DNA of 64,000 nucleotides from Giardia intestinalis (Eukaryota): NCBI GenBank assembly GCA_000002435.2, contig CM018791.1; one strand, 5' to 3'. Shown piece by piece: positions 10,947 to 20,700 of this stretch (position 1 is its first letter; each line of letters starts with the position of its first letter). The notes under the pieces were generated by a model. It saw only the letters and a program-made list of their open reading frames with translations, ran no database searches and was not told where the DNA came from. The position numbers and the translations under genes were made by a program.

Positions 10947-12114
10947 GTGCACGGTCGTTGCGCTGTCGTTCTTCCAATTCAGTCTTTATCAAGTTTGCCT
11001 TGTCAATCTCATCAGCCATGAACGTAGTAATATCTTCTCGCACACAGCCGTCCATAGGGAGACGTTTTTTCGAGAAAGTAGAATAAATATTGGTTTCGCT
11101 TGTGACTATATCGTAGCGAACGTTGCCAATTGTGAGACTGTCTGTCCATGACCCTGAAACAAAGGATTTTTGGAGATTGTTTTTATCCATAATGCTTCCA
11201 TCTACATTATTAAGATTGTTCCGCCGCTGAAATCTGACCACGCACTCGAAAGCTGTATTAGTGTCTTCTCTATGATGCTCCGTGCTCTTCTGTAGAACAG
11301 GAATACGCGGGCACATCTCACTAAGTGAGGCATTCTCTTCGTAGTCGTATCCGCGTATTATAAGTTCTCCAGAGAAGAATCCCCATCGAACTCCCCATAA
11401 CAGTCCCACAAGGTGGAAGGTCGGAAATTCAAAGGTTATCCGTCTAGGGTTACCTGTCGCGAAGCAGATGCTATTGATTCCTTTTCGAACCACTTTCACT
11501 TTGTTCAGCCCTATGGACACGACAAGCTCGGCGCCACCAACGATTCTATAACCTGCATCGTCTTCGTATAGCGTATATAGACAGGTAGGCGGATGATTAG
11601 CAATCTGCTCTCCTGTTACGTCAACCTTTGCTTGATCCTCTCCCTGCTTGACGAGCAAGCAGTCTTCATAACATTCGCCTATGATAGGATTGAACGCTTT
11701 GTGCTGGTCTACAACAGTTGGGTATAGACAGCCGATCACATATGCCACACACAGCTCAAAACGCTCCAAACCAGATACAAGGCTTGCTCGTTGCAAAAAC
11801 GACAGATTGCTGAGTAACTGTTGGGTGAGCTGTTGGATCTGAGACATAGGCACCCAAACGAGTTTCTTGATTGGAATGGACCGCCTCATGATGTTTTCAC
11901 CTCCAAAAAGACTCTTCCCGAAGTTTGCAATGCACTCTCTGGTAAGTGCCCGCTGGGCCTTGGTTAGCTCTGTGTCAGTGATCATGAAGCCTCCTTTGCT
12001 TGTCAATGAGGCGGCTATAGACACGGGGCGACTGCCTGAGATAGAGGGAGTGCTTGTTGTTGACTGATCTTCTACACTCATTAAAAATTTCCAGTTAGGG
12101 CCCTTCCTCAGCAT
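10918..12114 (-). CDS. Oxysterol-binding protein-related protein (ORD domain)
   Basis: OSBP fingerprint variant GEQIANHPPTCLY (canonical EQVSHHPP). Surrounding ORD-like beta-barrel sequence. 3' end overlaps the convergent ankyrin gene by 29 nt. Confidence 0.75.
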   Translation of the reverse strand: MLRKGPNWKFLMSVEDQSTTSTPSISGSRPVSIAASLTSKGGFMITDTELTKAQRALTRECIANFGKSLFGGENIMRRSIPIKKLVWVPMSQIQQLTQQLLSNLSFLQRASLVSGLERFELCVAYVIGCLYPTVVDQHKAFNPIIGECYEDCLLVKQGEDQAKVDVTGEQIANHPPTCLYTLYEDDAGYRIVGGAELVVSIGLNKVKVVRKGINSICFATGNPRRITFEFPTFHLVGLLWGVRWGFFSGELIIRGYDYEENASLSEMCPRIPVLQKSTEHHREDTNTAFECVVRFQRRNNLNNVDGSIMDKNNLQKSFVSGSWTDSLTIGNVRYDIVTSETNIYSTFSKKRLPMDGCVREDITTFMADEIDKANLIKTELEERQRNDRALRASGPLKA

Positions 12115-12384
12115 CCTTCATATACCTCATAGAGTTGGCAACGAGCGTCGCATGCTTGGGTAGGATTTTTAATTTTTAAAATCATTGTCAATAGTCTATG
12201 GCTTTTGAATTAGATTGTTTAAAAGTCAATGAACTTTAGACACATTGATGCGTTAATGTGGCCATCATCCAGCGAGCACTCACCTTTGTGGATTGCGGCT
12301 GTGCTGTAGAATCATCACGATGCTAAACCAAGCTATCAGACAGACCTGATTCATGCACCTAAGGTCTTGCCCCCGAAATAAAAA

Positions 12385-14250
12385 ATGTCAGAGTCGAGCT
12401 TCGCTAACGTGCTGGTTCGCCGCTTCTTCGTGGTTCCCGCTTTTGAGATATATGGCGGGGTAGCAGGCCTGTATGATCTTGGACCCTCTACGACGGAGTT
12501 GCGCAACAATTTCCTGAGCATGTGGCGCCAACACTTTGTCGTCGCTGAAGATATGCTCGAGATAATGTGCACCAATATTGTTCCAGATAAGGTACTACAA
12601 GCATCAGGGCACGTCGCCCGCTTTGCCGATGTGATGGTGAAGGATACTAAAAACGGAGAGTGCTTCAGAGCAGATAAGCTTATAGAGAGTTATCTAGAGA
12701 AGAAGTTGGCGGCAGAAGGCAAGTCACTTGATGAAGACCAACAGAAAGCCCTCAATTCTCTTTTGAACTCCGTTGACGGGGCATCTCCCGAGGTAATCAA
12801 GGAGCTTATTCAATCCATGCATGTCCTTTCTCCATCAGGAAATCCGCTCAGTGACCCCTTCCCCTTCAATCTTATGTTTCAGACCAACATAGGGCCATCT
12901 GCTGGGTCGACCGTCTATCTAAGGCCTGAGACTGCACAAGGCATATTCATGAACTTTAAGCGCGGCTTAGAACAGGCCAAGCAGCTTCCATTTGCCATGG
13001 CGCAGGTTGGAACAGTTTTTCGCAATGAGATAAGTCCACGGAACTCACTACTGAGAGTTCGTGAATTCGAACAGTGTGAGATTGAGCATTTCATAGATGG
13101 CACACCAGACAGTTTCCGCCATCCAAAGATTAGTACAGTCGCCTGGTGCTACGTAGAGCTCTTTACGGCGGATGACCAGCTAGCAGGCCTGCCCTGCGGT
13201 AAGAAAATGTCGATCCAGAACGCCCTCGACAACAAGGTTCTGGCGCACGAAACCATGGCATACTTTATCGGTCGCACATACCTCTTTCTACTGAAGTTGG
13301 GGCTCGATCCTGCTCGCCTAAGGTTCAGACAACACCTTCCAAAGCAGCTTGCACACTATGCAAGAGACTGCTGGGACTGTGACTGCCTCCTCTCGTGTGG
13401 ATGGACGGAGATTGTCGGAATCGCAGACCGTTCAGCCTATGACCTCCAGGTTCACAGTAAGGCCTCAGGGGTTGACCTGACATGTTTTCTCAAATATCCC
13501 GAGCCGCGTGAGGTAAGCTACAATATTTGCACATTGAAGATGAAGGAGTGCGCAAAAGTATTCAAGCAGGACGTTAACCTTATTCGCTCCACAATTGAGG
13601 CCATTCAGGGCGAGGACTTGGAGGTTTTGAAAGCAGAACTGCAAAGTACAGGCTCGTATACACTTCGTATTCCGGGAAAGGACGGAGAAGCTGAGAAGGA
13701 CTTTGAAATTCTTCCCAATTATGTGCAGTTCAACTGCGACACTAAGATGTTGCATGGCGAGTCTATTGTGCCCCACGTTATCGAGCCTTCCTTCGGGGTT
13801 GGCAGGATCCTTTATTCGATTCTAGAGCATTCCTTCTATACACGCAATATAGACGAGCAGCGCACCGTCTTCCGTTTCAAACCCTATTTAGTGGGGTGCA
13901 AAGCCATTGTTTTACCTCTTCAGAGGAATGATGATCTCCTGTCAACAAGTTCTCACGTGCTGGAGAGGCTGAGGCGTAGTGGAATAGCAGCAAAGCAAGA
14001 TGCAACAGGGGCGCCCATTGGTAGGCGCTACGCGCGTGCCGATGAGATCGGGATACCTTTCGCCGTGACCATCGATTTTCAAACTTTAGAGGATGGTAGT
14101 GTAACGATAAGGGAGCGCGATAGTATGGACCAAATTCGTGTGGGCTCAAAGCAACTCTCACAAGTGATAGCTAATCTCTCATCAGGAAAGGTCCAATGGA
14201 GCACTGTGTATAAACATTTCCCACGTTGCGAAGCAACCAACGCCGAGTAA
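12385..14250 (+). CDS. GARS: Glycyl-tRNA synthetase (eukaryotic class II GlyRS)
   Basis: N-terminal RRFFVVPAFEIYGGVAGLYDLGP. Class II motifs (FRNEISPRNSLLRVREFEQCEIEHF). C-terminal anticodon-binding region. ATG preceded by GAAATAAAAAATG. Confidence 0.9.
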   Translation: MSESSFANVLVRRFFVVPAFEIYGGVAGLYDLGPSTTELRNNFLSMWRQHFVVAEDMLEIMCTNIVPDKVLQASGHVARFADVMVKDTKNGECFRADKLIESYLEKKLAAEGKSLDEDQQKALNSLLNSVDGASPEVIKELIQSMHVLSPSGNPLSDPFPFNLMFQTNIGPSAGSTVYLRPETAQGIFMNFKRGLEQAKQLPFAMAQVGTVFRNEISPRNSLLRVREFEQCEIEHFIDGTPDSFRHPKISTVAWCYVELFTADDQLAGLPCGKKMSIQNALDNKVLAHETMAYFIGRTYLFLLKLGLDPARLRFRQHLPKQLAHYARDCWDCDCLLSCGWTEIVGIADRSAYDLQVHSKASGVDLTCFLKYPEPREVSYNICTLKMKECAKVFKQDVNLIRSTIEAIQGEDLEVLKAELQSTGSYTLRIPGKDGEAEKDFEILPNYVQFNCDTKMLHGESIVPHVIEPSFGVGRILYSILEHSFYTRNIDEQRTVFRFKPYLVGCKAIVLPLQRNDDLLSTSSHVLERLRRSGIAAKQDATGAPIGRRYARADEIGIPFAVTIDFQTLEDGSVTIRERDSMDQIRVGSKQLSQVIANLSSGKVQWSTVYKHFPRCEATNAE

Positions 14251-14316
14251 AGTCGCCAGTTTACCTGCGTCTGCCCGGTTTCTGGGAGATTTTGTTCTAA
14301 AAATTTGAAAAACAGA

Positions 14317-17300
14317 ATGCAGCACGCACCATTTCGACAGAGATACGAAACCCTGGAGCATATAGGCACAGGGCAGTATAGCAAGGTATTCAAAGTGAGG
14401 GAAAAATCGACAGGAGCTCTGTTGGCCTGCAAGGAAATAGATTACGGATCCTTACCTCCTGAAACAAGTGCAGCTCTAACAAAAGCAATCGAAGATACGG
14501 CTGTCACGTTGAAGAGTATCCTGCATAAGCATATCATCCGCTACCATGAAGTCCTTCATGATAAGGCAGGGAAAACATATAGAATAATTATGCCGTATTA
14601 TGAGCTTCAAGACCTACAAACATATGCTGAAATGCTCCGAGAAGATGGAGAGGTTATTCTGGAGCAAGGACTCTGGGTGATACTGAGCCAGTTAATAAGC
14701 GTGCTCGACTATCTCCACTCGGACAGAGACTGTGACGGTGGTATGGTTCATTTGAACATAAATCCGTCTAATATTTTGCTCACAGACGACTTCAATGTGA
14801 TTTTGACAGGGTTCACCAACTCTGTGTCTCTAAGTAGGATGCACTCAGCCCGTGTTCTGACAGGAAAGCTTTCTTACTGCGCTCCTGAGGTGCTTCAAGG
14901 TCAGGATTATGGGCCTGCAGTAGATATCTGGGCACTTGGATGTACAATTTACGAGCTAGCTACATCTTCGTCCCTCTTTTTAGGAGTAACACCATCTGCA
15001 TTGTTGCAGGCCATCAATGAATGTGACATTAGCACACTTTCACTTAAGAACTACTCTGTTGAACTCTCTAGTGTCTTAAAATCGATGATTAGTTACAACG
15101 CTCAACAGCGGATCACTGCTGCACAGCTGTGTACTCATCCAAAGATAGTCTTCTACCTCACACACAATATCCAACTTCAAGGGATATCTGTTGCACATCC
15201 TGAGTTAGCCAATGCGTCAACAGCCCCTCAGTCTCAGTATCGCTCAAACCTGATCCAACTAAATCAAGACCCCATTCCAGCTGCTCCACCTTTTACACTT
15301 AATAAGGCAGATTTCATCGCAAAGCCTCCGCCAGACTCGCTGCTTCTTGCAGACCAAACTATTGGTGAACAGAGTTACCTCAGCTATGCCCCGGCAAAGG
15401 CTAGCTCACGCATCCGAAGTACGTCCACGGGCCGTAGAACTGACAAAGGGAATGATAAGCCTGGCGATAGCATTATATCTATGTTAACTAGTGGACGAAG
15501 AGCCTCGTCCAGAGGCGTTCACCAAGCGCCAGAGCCTTTATCTGCATATTCGACCATGGCTGAGTCCACTATAGGGCAAGAAGGACCTACACGCGCTGGA
15601 TCGGGGCTTGCTGGGCGCTCTCGTGCCCCAAGCACTCACCATCACGACACAATTCTGGAAAGATCCATCGATGCGCCCCTCACTGCGTCTCAGGCCATAG
15701 TATCGCGCATAAAAGCTTATCAGCACAATGGAACAGAGCCTAACACCATGCTTAGTGAGGTGCCGAGCCCAGAGATAATCAAGGAACAAAAGATTCGCCG
15801 AGTATCGCAGTCCCTAGTTCAAGATGAGCTGGCCTATGGCGTGACCCCCTCTAGGCAGCTCTTGCAGACTCGTTGTAATCCAGAAGGAGAAGTCATGAGT
15901 GCTTTTGCTGATGATCCTACAGAGCTTATTGCAAGCCACCTGAGCCCCCATGTTGTTCGAATAAGGGCTGCCAGAGATGGCGGAACAGAGGTGGTGCAAA
16001 CGACAAATAGTGCGGGAGAGGCCGTGCCTCGTTACCAGGTGCACAGCAGTAGCAGAGAATCCCCAAAGACCTCTGTACAAAGTAGAAGATCTTCCCCTAC
16101 TGCCACCGGAATCCCAAGTAGTTCTCACCTAAGGAAAACATCCCCCAGTGGGACTCCCCAGCTGACCATGTCTACCAGAAAGCAGGTGGCTGACAATCAA
16201 GAGATGCTGCGATGTTATCCAATTGATTACGTCAATTCTGTTAACTTGGCCAATCAGCGGAGGACACCAACATCTGGTAATCAACTTGCGTATTCAGCGC
16301 ACGTGGAGCCAATGAGCGGCCATGTTCCGTATCCTCTGCCCCAGGGCAATGACATTTATGGGCCCTATTCCACAGGACCTGCACAGTATTACAACGTTCC
16401 TCTCAACTCGGGACTTCAAGGTACAGGACAGCTTTATGTGCCAAACGACCTGCAAGCGTTCAAGCAGGCCGAACTCAATTTCTCAGAGAGCAACACCGGA
16501 AGTGATGTCACAAAGACTATCCAGTTCATAGACGCACAGGCTTACACAGCAGATGCGCTACCATATACAGATCTGATGAAGGCAGTGATTAAAAACGACA
16601 TCAAGGGTGTTAAGACTGCCATCTCAGCAGATGCCGGGAAGAGTCTCCCAGGTGGAATCACAGCGCTCATGATTGCTGCCAACATGGGCCATGTCGAGTG
16701 CGTTAAGATGTTAGTGGCCAAGGAGGGAGGAATGCGGCAAAAGGATGGGACGACAGCTCTAATGGAGGCCGTTCAGAAGAAGCATGCAGAAGTGATCAAG
16801 CATTTGATGAAGAAAGAGGCTGGAATGCGGCGTAGCGACGGGTGGACATCACTAATGTACTGTGCGCAGCATGATCTGGTAACAATAGGGAAGCAGCTGA
16901 TGGCAAAAGAGGCAGGTCTCCAGACTATCTCAGGGGTTACAGCGCTAATGATCGCCTGCGAACACGATAACCTAGAGCTGGCCGCTGTGCTCCTAAAGGA
17001 GGCTGGGAAACACGCCGTTAATGGCTGGACGGCTCTCATGAGCGCTTGTGAGCACAATCATACAGACCTCGCTTTGAAGCTTGCCCCAAAGGAGGCGGGA
17101 AAGGTCAAGGTGGATGGGTGGACAGCTCTGATGAGCGCAGCTAGAAACGGAAACATCAAGGTTGCTAAGGCCCTGAAGAAGAAGGAGGTGAAGTGCATGA
17201 AGAACGACGGCTCCTCAGCGCTAATGTGGGCGGCAAGTGTAGGGAACGTGGAAATGGTGAAGCTTTTGATGAACGAGGAACGGCACATTCGAACCGTAAC

Positions 17301-17466
17301 TGGTAAAACAGCATTCGACTTTGCTGAGGAGGCAGATAATCGCGAGGTGATGAAGCTTCTTCGTCCAGATCTATTTGACAAATCTGGGGCATATATAAAA
17401 GGAGCAAGTAGCCAGACCGCAAGCACAGTGCAAACGACAAAGAGCACCAAGAAAGGGAAGAGATAG
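14317..17466 (+). CDS. NEK-family kinase-like protein with C-terminal ankyrin repeats; predicted catalytically inactive
   Basis: Kinase fold present: IGTGQYSKVF G-loop, LACKEI beta3 Lys, SYCAPEV. The catalytic loop is HLNINPSN (HRD Asp replaced by Asn) and DFG is replaced by LTGFTNS. About 10 protein 21.1-type ankyrin repeats follow. Track start 14305 is TTG; first ATG at 14317. Confidence 0.8.
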   Translation: MQHAPFRQRYETLEHIGTGQYSKVFKVREKSTGALLACKEIDYGSLPPETSAALTKAIEDTAVTLKSILHKHIIRYHEVLHDKAGKTYRIIMPYYELQDLQTYAEMLREDGEVILEQGLWVILSQLISVLDYLHSDRDCDGGMVHLNINPSNILLTDDFNVILTGFTNSVSLSRMHSARVLTGKLSYCAPEVLQGQDYGPAVDIWALGCTIYELATSSSLFLGVTPSALLQAINECDISTLSLKNYSVELSSVLKSMISYNAQQRITAAQLCTHPKIVFYLTHNIQLQGISVAHPELANASTAPQSQYRSNLIQLNQDPIPAAPPFTLNKADFIAKPPPDSLLLADQTIGEQSYLSYAPAKASSRIRSTSTGRRTDKGNDKPGDSIISMLTSGRRASSRGVHQAPEPLSAYSTMAESTIGQEGPTRAGSGLAGRSRAPSTHHHDTILERSIDAPLTASQAIVSRIKAYQHNGTEPNTMLSEVPSPEIIKEQKIRRVSQSLVQDELAYGVTPSRQLLQTRCNPEGEVMSAFADDPTELIASHLSPHVVRIRAARDGGTEVVQTTNSAGEAVPRYQVHSSSRESPKTSVQSRRSSPTATGIPSSSHLRKTSPSGTPQLTMSTRKQVADNQEMLRCYPIDYVNSVNLANQRRTPTSGNQLAYSAHVEPMSGHVPYPLPQGNDIYGPYSTGPAQYYNVPLNSGLQGTGQLYVPNDLQAFKQAELNFSESNTGSDVTKTIQFIDAQAYTADALPYTDLMKAVIKNDIKGVKTAISADAGKSLPGGITALMIAANMGHVECVKMLVAKEGGMRQKDGTTALMEAVQKKHAEVIKHLMKKEAGMRRSDGWTSLMYCAQHDLVTIGKQLMAKEAGLQTISGVTALMIACEHDNLELAAVLLKEAGKHAVNGWTALMSACEHNHTDLALKLAPKEAGKVKVDGWTALMSAARNGNIKVAKALKKKEVKCMKNDGSSALMWAASVGNVEMVKLLMNEERHIRTVTGKTAFDFAEEADNREVMKLLRPDLFDKSGAYIKGASSQTASTVQTTKSTKKGKR

Positions 17467-17495
17467 CAATTTACTCCCAAAACGTTGAATACCGA

Positions 17496-17502
17496 AGTAA
17501 AC
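17496..17502 (+). promoter_or_regulatory. Putative poly(A) signal AGTAAAC 30 nt after the NEK stop
   Basis: Exact AGTRAAY match downstream of TAG at 17464-17466. Confidence 0.35.
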
Positions 17503-17544
17503 TAAAAACCGAAATATTATAAATCAACCGAATACATTAATGCG

Positions 17545-18000
17545 TCAGCACGCAGTTTGAAACTGAAATCCCGGGGGGCATCTGTTTTTGAAGTCCTTGC
17601 TCGAAACTTGGACGTCCCAGCCCAGGTGGTCAAGAAAACTGTTTTTCAGGGTTCTAATAGTGGCGTCCGTGACTCCACTGACAAATATATTTACCCAAAG
17701 ATGTACATCGTACGGCTCGTCATCCAAAAATTCAGATGAAACGATGACAGCTGTTTGGAAAAGGAGATTGATGGTGGACCCAGTAAGTTTATAACCGAGG
17801 CGCGCAAGCTTATCCAAAAGACAAAGAGCATACAAAATCATTACCGTCACATCTCTACCGTTGTACTCTGTATTTTCAATCATATTGGCAACCAGGGTGG
17901 TGACCATAGTGTGAGTCCCGCGGGGAAGGTGGTCGGAGGTCAGCTCCCCAAGACAATTGATAATATGCTTGAAGAAGGACTTACCTATGGCACTAGACAT
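17545..18000 (-). CDS. PHO80-like (P/U-type) cyclin
   Basis: Cyclin-box segment AVIVSSEFLDDEPYDVHLWVNIFVSGVTDATIRTLKNSFLDHLGWDVQVS matches the PHO80 family block (ASKFLDD.Y.N..WA.V.G....ELN.LE..FL..L.W.L.V). Confidence 0.6.
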   Translation of the reverse strand: MSSAIGKSFFKHIINCLGELTSDHLPRGTHTMVTTLVANMIENTEYNGRDVTVMILYALCLLDKLARLGYKLTGSTINLLFQTAVIVSSEFLDDEPYDVHLWVNIFVSGVTDATIRTLKNSFLDHLGWDVQVSSKDFKNRCPPGFQFQTAC

Positions 18001-18020
18001 TTTTGGATAGTTTTATTTTG

Positions 18021-18407
18021 ATGAAGGCGTTTCTCAGTGATTTACAGTTTAGTAGCTTAACGAGGGAGGAGCCTTCAGTCATCCAAGCTTCAGTCATAGA
18101 CAAGATCGTCAATGCATACTACAGCAAGGAGACTCAGCCATCGGCGGGGCCGACCGATTTGGTAACGCAGTTGATGCAAAACGATGCTAAGCTCATGGCA
18201 GAGATAGAGAGCCTCCAGTCCACCCTCAGCGTTGCTCTAGCGCGAATGCGTGAGCTAGAACTGCAGAACTCAGAACTCATGAAGCGTGTCTTGCAATTGC
18301 AAGCATCTCCTGATAGGGTGGCCGGAAAGACGCGGTCAGCACAAGACAGCTACGTCTTGACAGATGACTTAACAGTTCACAGCCTGCACATGTCTCCTCT
18401 TGTATGA
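18021..18407 (+). CDS. Small coiled-coil hypothetical protein
   Basis: Heptad-like segment (AEIESLQSTLSVALARMRELELQNSELMKRVLQLQ). Track start 18003 is TTG; first ATG at 18021. Confidence 0.3.
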   Translation: MKAFLSDLQFSSLTREEPSVIQASVIDKIVNAYYSKETQPSAGPTDLVTQLMQNDAKLMAEIESLQSTLSVALARMRELELQNSELMKRVLQLQASPDRVAGKTRSAQDSYVLTDDLTVHSLHMSPLV

Positions 18408-18817
18408 TTTGCTTGTTTACTCTGCTTCACAAAGTGGCTCGCCAGCCAGTGGCCGAGTAAACCACTAGTCGCCCTCGATCCTCATAGCTCCATGTCCAGC
18501 CAGCGGCACGCACGGGCCTTCTATTCACGCAGTAGTGAATCAAGCACGCTCGACATCGTGCCTGTGGCTACCTGGTCAACAGAAGTCTGAGCAACGTTGG
18601 CTTCAGGCAACCCTCTTTATTGTCAGTTGTATGAGGCGTGGAAGATATACTCTGTCCTCGTTATCATAGGTGCACAACAAGAAGGCAGATGCAAGGCCCG
18701 CTGTTTCCAAATCTATGAGCCTTGTCACCTGAGGAGCACCGTATCCAAAACCCAGCACATAGATAGTTACTAAGTGCATGATTTATCAATCCTACTGCTC
18801 ACTACTTAACTGCGTGC

Positions 18818-20038
18818 TTACGCCTTCCCCCTGCAAAGAAAGCCCACGAGGCCGGCCACAACGGAGATCCCCGCGATGGCACCAGTGGAGAGCCCGCCCC
18901 TGTTGGTACTCATAGACACACAGGAGGTCCCAGCATCATCAGGACTGTACCCATCGTTGCACACACAGACAGAGTTATCATCAGTGGAGTTGCTGGGACA
19001 GCCATCCACGCATGACTTCCTTCCTGGGCTCACCTTCTTCCCAGTACTACACTTAGTGCACGTAACAAGGACCCCTTCAACTTGACCTTCGATCAGTGCG
19101 CATTCCAAGCAGTGCTCTATACCACCGCTAGCATTCTCACCACAAGGAAGACACTTCTTCTTATTCTCTGCATTGTCGTTGGGGAAGTGCGTTCCGGTGC
19201 ATGCGTTCCTGAGAATACAGCTAGTGGGATCGCCGCCTTTCAGGTACTTGCCTTCTTGGCACTCAGTGCATGTGGCAGGGGTGTTTGCATTTCCTGGTGT
19301 AGTGCACTTCAGGCACCCATCAACGCCCCTCCATGTACTGCCAGATGTATCTCCGCACAATATACACTTGCCCGCTTGCCCAGAAGCTGCCCCAAGGAAG
19401 TGTGTTTCCTCTGTACACGACTTGCACTTAGTATCTCCTGTGGCCTCACACGTTTTACAACTACCATCACAGGCAGTGCACCCTTTACTGCTATCTACAA
19501 AGAACCCGTCCTCACAGGCCGTGCACGTGGCAGCCTTGGGAGTAGTAGTATCACTTGCTTCTGTGGGCTCCTCACACCGAGTGCAGTGCAGCACGCCCTT
19601 GTACTTGTGGCTGTTTCCAGCCAACACTTCTTCAACATCTCCACATGGTATAACAGATTGGTGTGCATTATCTCTATCAGCATCGGGTGGTAGGAAGTAT
19701 CCTTGCACGGCTTGTATGCACTTACCAGCCTCTGCTGTTTCACACATTGTGTTGCCAGGTGCCTGGCTATCCTTGTAGCATTCGCCCTTGTACATGAAGG
19801 ATTCATAAGCGCACTGTGTGCACTTCCCATCTTGTTTTTGGTTGCATTCGTTGTTGTCTGCTGAGCACACTCCGTCCGTCGGGGCAGATTGAGACCCACC
19901 GCCGTTACACTGCGAGCAGTACTTCTTGCCGTTGATGATGACGCTACAGGTCTTGCACGTATTAGAGTCACCACCAGAGACGGGCGTGCAGTCGCCTTCT
20001 GCATACGCTAATTGAAGAACAAGGCCTATCAGCAGGAC
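18818..20038 (-). pseudogene. VSP with CRGKA tail but no initiator ATG (probable VSP pseudogene, or an assembly error at the start)
   Basis: C-terminus ...[26 protein letters not shown]. The ORF-track start at 19870 is GTG. The reading frame stays open upstream to a TAG at 20039-20041 and immediately encodes a signal-peptide-like VLLIGLVLQLAYA-EGDCTPVSGG... There is no in-frame ATG until deep inside the Cys-rich domain. Confidence 0.55.
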
Positions 20039-20700
20039 CTACCGAACACAGAGGACCCGACTACCGAATGGCTTGCGTGATAGTAGTGTTTGCCAGTGCC
20101 CGGGAAATCCATGGACGGACCACGAGAATATATTAATGTAACAGTTACATGAACCTTAAGAATAGGATAAATTTAGGATTAGCGTCACTAGAGTTTTCAC
20201 ATTAGCACGCTAGAGTTCCGTTAATGCTTCCGCTATCGGAGCGATATACGTCCGGCGGGAAACACATTGCTCAGTGCCCGCTATCGCTCAGAACTGCGCT
20301 ACCACCCCATACACTATGGCCCAAGCATTTTCTGCTAACCCTCAGTAGAGGCGTTTTGACCCTTCTATCCCAATCAGCTTGATAGCTTCTGCTGCGTTCC
20401 TATGTGCAGAGACGGAGGATCACACTAGCTACTGACAAGGGCATTCTGCCGGCCGTACATCCCCTGATGCTACGTAGGAGATACATTGCAGTTCATAGCA
20501 AACAAACGTCTAAGTAAAGACTGGCGTGCACCTGAGAGTGATGAATAGTTCATTCGGCTAAGATTGGCATATCCCACTGAAAGGAATTAGTGTCCAAGTA
20601 AATTGCTCAGTGGACATGAAGCAAACTGGCCAATACCTTACGCTCTATCTTGATGGTATAGTGATTATATACTGATCAATTAAAGAGTTAGAGAGACTAA

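Noticed and set aside
19082-19778. Two ~200-aa plus-strand ORFs inside the VSP locus
   Set aside because: Antisense to the Cys-rich VSP frame (TGC/TGT codons give GCA/ACA runs). The CRGKA tail and CxxC pattern identify the minus strand as coding.
20042-20700. Possible ncRNA or tRNA in the long non-coding flanks of the start-less VSP (18408-18817 and 20042-20700)
   Set aside because: No T-loop (GTTCGA/GGTTCRA) or cloverleaf-compatible segments, and no obvious snoRNA boxes, were found by eye. Long flanks are common around VSP genes. Left as unannotated spacer.
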